From assembly GCA_026692905.1 (NCBI GenBank), contig JAPLNL010000029.1, positions 138,191 to 202,190 on the forward strand: DNA of 64,000 bases, read 5' to 3'. Each line of letters starts with the position of its first letter. The stretch's first letter is position 1. Positions 57,063 to 64,000 of the stretch are shown piece after piece. Origin of the DNA: Planctomycetota bacterium. Its GTDB lineage: Bacteria > Planctomycetota > Planctomycetia > Pirellulales > Pirellulaceae. The notes beneath the pieces were generated by a model that was not told the DNA's origin, ran no database searches, and was given only the letters and a program-made list of their open reading frames with translations. The position numbers and the translations under genes were made by a program.

Positions 57063-58283
57063 ATGAGCCTACCAACCAAGCCCACCTCAGAAAACCAGTA
57101 TCAAATCGGCTACTGCACCAACGTCCATGCTGGCCGAGATTTACCGGGAGTGCTTGAAAACCTGCAAAATCACTGTCTTCCGATCCGCAAACTGGTTTCC
57201 CCCAACGAACCCTTGTGTGTCGGGCTTTGGTTTTCCGAAATCTCAGCCGCCCAGGCTCTTCAGCCGGAACAGCTCAGCAAACTTCAAAGCAAATTGGCTG
57301 AACACCAACTGGTCCCATTCACGCTAAACGGGTTCCCACAGGGAGATTTCCACAGTCAAGTCGTCAAACATCGAGTCTATCAGCCAACGTGGTGGCATCG
57401 CGAGCGCCTGGACTACACCTTAAATCTGGTTCATCTGCTTGATCAATTGCTTCCACCAGGACAAATCGGCTCGATCTCGACTTTGCCAATCGCTTGGTGC
57501 CAACCTGCACCAACGCGCGAGCAGCTTAAGCAGGCCGCCTGGCAGCTTGTGGAGGTTGCGATGACGCTGAACAGGCTCTTTGAGCATACCGGCAGAAAAA
57601 TCGTTTTGGCTATTGAGCCTGAACCTGGCTGTTACCTTACCGATAGCGAATCGTTCCGTGTTTTCTTTAACGAGTACCTGCGATCGAGTATCCTGCCCGA
57701 GGGAACGGCGGACATCGTGGGCGAGTATCTCACCTTATGCCACGACGTTTGTCATGCGGCGGTCATGTTCGAGGACCAACAATCAGAACTGAGTCTTCTT
57801 CGCAACGACGAAATCAGTATCGGCAAAGTCCAAGTTTCGTCAGCCATCCAAGTCGATTGGGACAACATGGCCAGCATTGACCGCGAAGTCGCGTTCAATC
57901 AACTGCGAGGTTTCGCTGAGGACCGTTATCTCCATCAGACCAATCGTATCAACAGCCAATGCAGCAACAGTGAATTGATCGAAGATCTACCGCTCGCCTT
58001 ATCGACCGTGAAGTCCGCTTCCCAGTTGTCAGGGCAATGGCGAATCCATTTCCACGTCCCGATTTTTCTCGATCATTTTGGATTGATCCAAACGACGCAG
58101 AACGAGATCGGCAAACTCTTAAAAATGCTCAGCGCCCCTGCGACGGAGCGGCCAGCATTTACTGGTCACTTTGAGGTTGAAACCTATGCATGGGGTGTCT
58201 TACCAGAAGCCATGCACTCAGGTAGTCTCAATGAGGGCATTGCAAAAGAAGTGACTTGGCTCAAGACAATGCTGGCAATGTAA
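57063..58283 (+). CDS. Xylose-isomerase-like TIM-barrel (sugar phosphate isomerase/epimerase, EboE-like) family protein
   Basis: Blocks NVHAG, GLWF, LNGFP and IEPEPG. Confidence 0.4.
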   Translation: MSLPTKPTSENQYQIGYCTNVHAGRDLPGVLENLQNHCLPIRKLVSPNEPLCVGLWFSEISAAQALQPEQLSKLQSKLAEHQLVPFTLNGFPQGDFHSQVVKHRVYQPTWWHRERLDYTLNLVHLLDQLLPPGQIGSISTLPIAWCQPAPTREQLKQAAWQLVEVAMTLNRLFEHTGRKIVLAIEPEPGCYLTDSESFRVFFNEYLRSSILPEGTADIVGEYLTLCHDVCHAAVMFEDQQSELSLLRNDEISIGKVQVSSAIQVDWDNMASIDREVAFNQLRGFAEDRYLHQTNRINSQCSNSELIEDLPLALSTVKSASQLSGQWRIHFHVPIFLDHFGLIQTTQNEIGKLLKMLSAPATERPAFTGHFEVETYAWGVLPEAMHSGSLNEGIAKEVTWLKTMLAM

Positions 58284-58465
58284 CGGCAGGGCTTCCAGAC
58301 ACGAAGTCAACTGCGGTAGCGAAAAGCAATACCTGGGGTTTCGTTCGCGGTGCGAACTTCACCCTAGGCTTTCAAATGCCATCGCTTACGCGATTCAATC
58401 GCCGAAGGGACACTGTATTGGCGAGTGACCCATGCTTTGGTTCGATCATAGGAATTACTCTCAGT

Positions 58466-58490
58466 CACTAGCTTGCGCGTCGTGCTACGA
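58466..58490. repeat. Single family A core copy
   Basis: CACTAGCTTGCGCGTCGTGCTA. Confidence 0.85.
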
Positions 58491-58508
58491 AACGTGTCCT
58501 CTGCTGGC

Positions 58509-60470
58509 TTACGACTCATCGTCGTTGCGCAGCCGGACGAGGACGGTATAGTCCTCGAGGGTTGACGTGTCGCCAGTCCCCTCTTTGCCTGCCGCGATGT
58601 CTCTCAATAAGCGGCGCATGATCTTGCCGCTGCGCGTTTTCGGAAGCGATGAGGTAAAGCGAACATCGTCTGGAACCGCCAGTGCGCCGATCTCTTTTCG
58701 CACATGCTTCTTCAACATCTCGCGCATCGCGTCCGTCGGCTCGTGATTCTTGAGCGTGACAAACACCGTGATCGCTTGTCCTTTGATGTCGTCTGGACGT
58801 CCGACCGCGGCAGCTTCGGCAACCGCCGGATGGCTTACCAGTGCGCTTTCCACCTCGATCGTGCTCAGTCGGTGCCCCGATACATTGATGACGTCGTCGA
58901 TGCGTCCCATGATCCAGTAATAGCCATCGTCGTCCCGACGGGCATTGTCGCCCGTCAAGTACATGCCGGGAACCAACGACCAGTATTGTTGCTGATAACG
59001 TTCATCGTCTCCCCAGATACCTCGCAGCATCCCCGGCCAAGGTTTTTCGATGCAAAGCATGCCACCGTGATTGGCTTCGACGTCGGCCAGCGAATGCCCC
59101 AGTACACGTGGGACAATACCGGGCAACGGCCGAGTGCACGAACCTGGTTTGCAAGCGATTGCGCCGGGCAGCGGAGACATCATGATGCCGCCTGTTTCTG
59201 TTTGCCACCATGTGTCGACGATAGGACATCGGCCCCCGCCGATTTTTTCGTAGTACCACATCCACGCTTCCGGATTGATCCCTTCGCCCACGCTTCCAAG
59301 CAACCGCAGCGAACTGAGGTCATGTTTGTCGACATGGTGATCGCCCCACTTGATAAACGTTCGAATGGCGGTCGGTGCTGTGTATAGAATGGTTACTCGG
59401 TAGCGTTCGATGATCTCCCAAAACCGATCTTCTTGCGGCCAGTTCGGTGCTCCCTCATACATGACTTGAGTGGCACCAGCCGACATGGGACCGTAGACAA
59501 TGTAGCTGTGACCTGTAATCCATCCGCAGTCTGCTGTGCACCAAAAAACATCCCCTTCGCGGTGATCAAACACCCATTCGAAGGTTCGTTTTGCGTACAA
59601 ATTATAGCCCGCAGTCGTGTGGCGGATGCCTTTCGGTTTACCTGTAGATCCGCTCGTGTACAAGATAAACAACGAGTCCTCGCTGTCCATCGAGGTGGCG
59701 GGGCAATCCTCGGACGCATTCGCAACGAGATCGTGCCACCAAACATCGCGACCGGGTGTCATGTTGGGTGCATTATCAATCCGTTTGAGGACAATGCACT
59801 TCTCGACGGTAGGGCTCTTTGCCAGCGCTTCGTCTGCAGTATCTTTGAGCGATAAGGCTTTACCGCGTCGCCAGCCACCATCGGCAGTGATGAGCAACTT
59901 GGCTTGCGCGTCGTTGTTGCGGTCTGAAATCGCTTCGGCGCTAAACCCACCGAAGATCACGGAGTGGATCGCACCAATACGAGCACAAGCCAACATGGCA
60001 ACCGCAAGCTCAGGGACCATCGGCATATAGATACTAACACGGTCCCCTTTCTCAATGCCGAGTTGTTTCAGAGCATTGGCAAAACGACAAACGTCATTGA
60101 GCATCTCGGCATAAGTGATTGTGCGTCGATCGCCCGGTTCACCTTCCCAGTGAAATGCGATTCGATCACCGTTTCCCGCGAGCACATGGGCGTCGAGGCA
60201 GTTGTAGGAGACGTTCGTCTTGCCACCGATAAACCATTTGGCGAGCGGGTTCTTCCATTCGAGGGTCGTGTGAAACGGCTCGAACCAATGCAGATGCTCC
60301 CTTGCCTGTTTTGCCCAAAAGCCTTCGATGTCTTCGATGGATTCCTTGTAGAGTTCTTCGTAGGAGCGCAAAGAACCAATCACGGCTTGTTTGGCGAACG
60401 TCTCGCTCGGCGGGAATAAACGAGTTTCGTTGAGAACGTTTGCGATTTGGCCGTTGGAGGGATTCGACAT
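58509..60470 (-). CDS. acs: Acetyl-coenzyme A synthetase
   Basis: AMP-binding motifs and Acs N-terminal region. The start is chosen at MSNPSNG; the longer ORF runs to 60596. Confidence 0.9.
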   Translation of the reverse strand: MSNPSNGQIANVLNETRLFPPSETFAKQAVIGSLRSYEELYKESIEDIEGFWAKQAREHLHWFEPFHTTLEWKNPLAKWFIGGKTNVSYNCLDAHVLAGNGDRIAFHWEGEPGDRRTITYAEMLNDVCRFANALKQLGIEKGDRVSIYMPMVPELAVAMLACARIGAIHSVIFGGFSAEAISDRNNDAQAKLLITADGGWRRGKALSLKDTADEALAKSPTVEKCIVLKRIDNAPNMTPGRDVWWHDLVANASEDCPATSMDSEDSLFILYTSGSTGKPKGIRHTTAGYNLYAKRTFEWVFDHREGDVFWCTADCGWITGHSYIVYGPMSAGATQVMYEGAPNWPQEDRFWEIIERYRVTILYTAPTAIRTFIKWGDHHVDKHDLSSLRLLGSVGEGINPEAWMWYYEKIGGGRCPIVDTWWQTETGGIMMSPLPGAIACKPGSCTRPLPGIVPRVLGHSLADVEANHGGMLCIEKPWPGMLRGIWGDDERYQQQYWSLVPGMYLTGDNARRDDDGYYWIMGRIDDVINVSGHRLSTIEVESALVSHPAVAEAAAVGRPDDIKGQAITVFVTLKNHEPTDAMREMLKKHVRKEIGALAVPDDVRFTSSLPKTRSGKIMRRLLRDIAAGKEGTGDTSTLEDYTVLVRLRNDDES

Positions 60471-60562
60471 GGAGAAGCTCGCTAGAAAAGCAGTGGAAGG
60501 GATTGTTTTTGTGCCTGAATGGTTGTGGCGAGTTAAATATTCGTGAGAGTTCCTTTTATTTC

Positions 60563-60625
60563 GGTAGGGCGAGGCTCCTGCCGAGCCATTGCGCACTGGC
60601 TCGGCAGGAGCCTCACCCTCCCGGA
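60563..60625. repeat. Family B palindromic element
   Basis: GGTAGGGCGAGGCTCCTGCCGAG ... CTCGGCAGGAGCCTCACCCTCCCGG. Confidence 0.85.
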
Positions 60626-60671
60626 AAACATAGTTCAGTCACTCTCGGCAAGAGTGATTCACTTTTGCGTA

Positions 60672-63485
60672 CTAAGCCAGCATACTATGCCAAGTATCTT
60701 TTGCCAGTTGCAAGGCTTCCGGCAGTTTCGCTGGTAGCTTGCCACCCGCTTGTGCGAGATCGGGCTTGCCGCCACCGCCACCGCCAACGGTTTCCGCAAC
60801 CGGCGTGATCCACTTGCCTGCACTAAAACCACGCTCAACCAACGATGGACTGATTCCCGCGATCAACGTGACTTTATCGTCCGCACAGTTCGCCAACAAA
60901 ATCGCGATCGGTTCGGTGGACTGTTTACGCACTTGATCGATCCACTTGCGCATCATGCCGATGTTAGCATTCGGCGTTTCCAAGACGATCAGACGAGTGC
61001 CGGAAACGGTCTCTGCCTGGTTGAGAAGATCTTCAACCGAAGTGCCACCACCTGCCGAAAGCTGTTGCAACTGTTGATGCAATTGCGTTTGCTCAAGCAA
61101 CATCGCTTCGATTCGGTTTGGAACTTCTTCGGCCGCTGCGTTGACAGCTCGCGTGGCTTGTTTGAAAGCGGCGCGAGTGACCGGGTACTTTTCGCTCGAG
61201 GACGTCACGTTGCCTTTGGCGATCAAATCTGGAATGGCTTCGTTGCCTGATCCACTCGTTAGCTTCTTGAGTTTGCGGACTCCCGTGACCAGTTCCATCG
61301 TCTTTTCACCGAGGTTCGCAATGGAACAGCCGAGAAGCGACGCGGCTTGAGTCGCGAGTTGTTCGACTTTCTTGCGATGCTCAACCGCCTTCTTGCCCGT
61401 CAGGGCCGTGATGCGACGAATGCCAGATGCAACACTCTCCTCAGCGAGAATTTCCACCATTTCGATTTCATCGGTTCGGTTGGCGTGCGTGCCACCGCAG
61501 AGCTCTTTCGAGAATTCGCCTATGCTGACCATGCGAACTGGGTCAGGGTACTTTTCACCGAACAGCATCATCGCGCCGGCTTCACGTGCTGTTGCAAGCG
61601 AGACGAGTTTCCAATCGATTGGATCAGCGTCTTTGATGCGTTCGTTAGAGAGTGATTCGACCGTTTTGAGTTGCTCTTCGGTGAGCGGCTCTTGATTGCT
61701 GAAGTCGAATCGCAACCAATCTGCATCGACCTTGCTACCTTGCTGTTGAGCGTGGCTGCCAACCGTCTTTTGAAGAGAGTGGTGCAGAATGTGGGTTGCA
61801 GAGTGAGCACGACGAATAGCATCGCGATGCAGTTCGTCAACTTGTGCGGAAACCATGTCTCCTTCTTTGAGTTCACCCGAGACCATCGATCCGTAGTGAA
61901 TGATCAGATCACCGCTGCGCTGGGTGTCGGTGACGTTGAAGGTCCCAAGGGTGCCGACCAATTGTCCTGAGTCGCCAAGCTGACCACCGCTTTCGCCATA
62001 AAAAGGCGAACGATCCAAAACGATGCGTGTCATCTCGGTTTCTTGCGTAGACTTGATCGCGTTGACAAGATGATCGGACTTTGGTTTGCCGACGATAATG
62101 CCTTTAACCAATGCATCTACTTTGGCCTTTTCATAGCCCAAAAACTCGCAATGCTGGAGGGCTTCCTTGAGCGATTCGATGGGACCTGTTTCGAACAGTT
62201 CCATACCACCACCGCCGCTGATTTCTCCATGCTTGCCCATGGCGGCACGATAACCATCCCAATCGAACGTGTAGTTCTTTTCGGCGGCAATCTGCTGGAA
62301 CATTTCTGGCGGCACGCCGTAGGTTTGGTAAAGACTGGCAGCCTCTTGACCATCGACCATGACTTTACCTGACGAGCTCATGTCATTAAACACTCGCCCA
62401 ATTCTTTCGAGCCCGGAATCGATCGTTGCGAAGAAATCCGACTCTTCGCGGCGCATGACTTGCGCGACACGTTCGGTGGTCTGCGAGAGCTCGGGGTAAA
62501 CCGATTTCATCATCTCCGCAACAACCGGGACCAGTTGATTCAGGAACGGCTCTCGCAAGCCCATTTGATGTCCGTCGAGTACGGCTCTTCGCAGGAGTCG
62601 CTTGATTACGTAACGCGCTTTCTTAGGCCCTGGGTATACGTTTTCATGGATCGCGAAGGTACATGCTCGAACGTGGTCGGTGATCCGTCGAAGCCGGCGA
62701 CCGTTATCGCTTTCGTATTCGTAGGGAACACCGCAGACCTCCGAAGCCGCTTGAACGATCGGCATCAGGATATCGATGTGAAAGTTGGTCGGCACGTTTT
62801 GAAGAACGCTGGCGGTGCGTTCCATTCCCATGCCCGTATCAATGTTCTTGCTCGGTAGCGGACGCAAGTTGTCGGGTGGGTTGCCCACGCGATTGAATTG
62901 CGTGAAAACGAGATTCCAGATTTCGACTGTCTTGCCCGAGTCCAGTGTGTAATAGATTTCGCTGCAAGGGCCGCAAACACCGTCAGGCCCTTGGCTCGGT
63001 GCGGACGCTGGCCAAAAATTTTCATCTTCCTCGAGACGGCTGATGCGGGCTGTTGGGAGACCGATCTTTTCGTTCCAAATCTTGAACGCTTCGTCATCGT
63101 CTTTGTAAACGGTAACGGTCAATCGCGCGGGATCGATTCCGAGCCATTTCTTGTCGGTTAGAAACTCCCAAGCCCAAGCGACCGCTTCATTTTTGAAGTA
63201 GTCACCAAAGCTAAAATTGCCGAGCATTTCAAAGAACGTATGGTGGTATGCCGTCCGGCCCACGTTGTCGATGTCACCGGTACGAAGACATTTTTGACAA
63301 GTTGTTGCGCGGGTGAAGTCGAGTTTGACTTTGCCGAGAAAGTGATCTTTGAATTGGTTCATTCCCGCAGGCGTGAAAAGAACCGACGGGTCCCATGTTG
63401 GCACTAGAACGTCGCTCGCTTGGCGATGATGTCCTTTGGATTGGAAGAACGTCAGATATTTTTCGCGTAACTCGTCCGTTTTCAT
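60672..63485 (-). CDS. alaS: Alanine--tRNA ligase
   Basis: Class II aaRS motifs; editing domain with an HxxxH zinc site; C-terminal DHHA1. The start is chosen at MKTDELREKYL; the longer ORF runs to 63563. Confidence 0.9.
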   Translation of the reverse strand: MKTDELREKYLTFFQSKGHHRQASDVLVPTWDPSVLFTPAGMNQFKDHFLGKVKLDFTRATTCQKCLRTGDIDNVGRTAYHHTFFEMLGNFSFGDYFKNEAVAWAWEFLTDKKWLGIDPARLTVTVYKDDDEAFKIWNEKIGLPTARISRLEEDENFWPASAPSQGPDGVCGPCSEIYYTLDSGKTVEIWNLVFTQFNRVGNPPDNLRPLPSKNIDTGMGMERTASVLQNVPTNFHIDILMPIVQAASEVCGVPYEYESDNGRRLRRITDHVRACTFAIHENVYPGPKKARYVIKRLLRRAVLDGHQMGLREPFLNQLVPVVAEMMKSVYPELSQTTERVAQVMRREESDFFATIDSGLERIGRVFNDMSSSGKVMVDGQEAASLYQTYGVPPEMFQQIAAEKNYTFDWDGYRAAMGKHGEISGGGGMELFETGPIESLKEALQHCEFLGYEKAKVDALVKGIIVGKPKSDHLVNAIKSTQETEMTRIVLDRSPFYGESGGQLGDSGQLVGTLGTFNVTDTQRSGDLIIHYGSMVSGELKEGDMVSAQVDELHRDAIRRAHSATHILHHSLQKTVGSHAQQQGSKVDADWLRFDFSNQEPLTEEQLKTVESLSNERIKDADPIDWKLVSLATAREAGAMMLFGEKYPDPVRMVSIGEFSKELCGGTHANRTDEIEMVEILAEESVASGIRRITALTGKKAVEHRKKVEQLATQAASLLGCSIANLGEKTMELVTGVRKLKKLTSGSGNEAIPDLIAKGNVTSSSEKYPVTRAAFKQATRAVNAAAEEVPNRIEAMLLEQTQLHQQLQQLSAGGGTSVEDLLNQAETVSGTRLIVLETPNANIGMMRKWIDQVRKQSTEPIAILLANCADDKVTLIAGISPSLVERGFSAGKWITPVAETVGGGGGGKPDLAQAGGKLPAKLPEALQLAKDTWHSMLA

Positions 63486-63621
63486 GGTTCGATGCTTAGC
63501 AAATGGGAATGCATAGTGGAAAGGTGGTTCGCTGTTGGCCCGATAGACCCTTTCAAGTTGCACGGTAGCGACGAGGCTATGAATTTACACTTAGCGATCG
63601 ATTTCGCGTAGCCCAGCCGAC

Positions 63622-63660
63622 CAAAACGAAAAAAGCCTCGGCATTACCGAGGCTTCTTTT
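63622..63660 (-). terminator. Rho-independent terminator for the minus-strand gene at 63705-63917
   Basis: GCCTCGG-taatg-CCGAGGC followed by TTTTTTCGTTTT when read on the minus strand. Confidence 0.7.
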
Positions 63661-63704
63661 GATGTTTGGGTTCGGCACTCGCTTACGCACCGGGTAACCA
63701 ATTG

Positions 63705-63917
63705 TTACTTGGCTAGCTTGTCGCCGATTGATTCTTCTTGCGAATCGCTTGAGGTGCTTACGTTGTACTTCTTGTAGCTTGCAACTCGCTCAGCTTCTTC
63801 GGTAGCGAGGGAAGTGAATCGCATTGCAGCTTGAATTTCGAATTTGGAGAAGAACATTTCGACGCCGGTGTATTCGGAGATAACACGTGGCTTGCGGACG
63901 AGCTCTTCCCAAGTCAA
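63705..63917 (-). CDS. Small hypothetical protein
   Basis: ORF with a downstream terminator; no recognisable motif. Confidence 0.4.
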   Translation of the reverse strand: MTWEELVRKPRVISEYTGVEMFFSKFEIQAAMRFTSLATEEAERVASYKKYNVSTSSDSQEESIGDKLAK

Positions 63918-64000
63918 GCCGTTGGCGACGTGCCATGCAGCCGCTTGCGCCGTGTTCTGAGCTACTTTGCCAGCCGCGAGGGCTTTGCAAAACTCTTCGA

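Noticed and set aside
58704-59387. 227-aa plus-strand ORF.
   Set aside because: Antisense within acs. Its Arg/Pro-rich GC-frame composition is typical of spurious ORFs.
1-64000. Integrated prophage, ICE or transposon in the window.
   Set aside because: No integrase, transposase, terminase, capsid or conjugation genes were seen. Mobile-looking signals are limited to small non-autonomous repeats and one tRNA fragment.

Overview
This is a 64 kb chromosomal segment of about 54% GC that looks Planctomycetota (Pirellulaceae/Rhodopirellula-like). The lineage call rests on PVC-specific families (DUF1501, tandem DUF1080, DUF11 giant protein, DUF1598-like, BBP7-like beta-barrel, a dehydrogenase/HEAT/cytochrome-c fusion) and a planctomycete-type N-terminal export motif; I could not run any search to confirm it. 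Coding content is mostly housekeeping: cysC, dus, amt, glgX, rluD-like, coaX, obg, rpmA, aroC, acs, alaS, aguB, bpt, a P1B-type heavy-metal ATPase, and a partial futalosine-route menaquinone cluster (ubiE-ubiX-ubiA-mqnC/E). Interspersed are secreted or repetitive proteins, one tRNA-Arg(CCT) followed by a duplicated tRNA 5' half, and no rRNA, CRISPR, integrase or transposase. The most striking non-coding content is at least five families of structured, palindromic intergenic repeats (A-E below), some nested inside one another and some forming tandem arrays. Two direct copies of family E bracket the metal-ATPase cassette. I found no single obviously novel multi-gene system. The strongest candidates for follow-up are the repeat-flanked ATPase cassette, a secretin-N-domain-only protein lying tail-to-tail with a giant flotillin, a ceramidase/dehydrogenase/cytochrome-c fusion whose 3' end carries a stop-codon-duplicating tandem repeat, the tRNA-adjacent repeat hotspot, a stand-alone RNA polymerase alpha-CTD paralog, and an unannotated 29-codon basic ORF.
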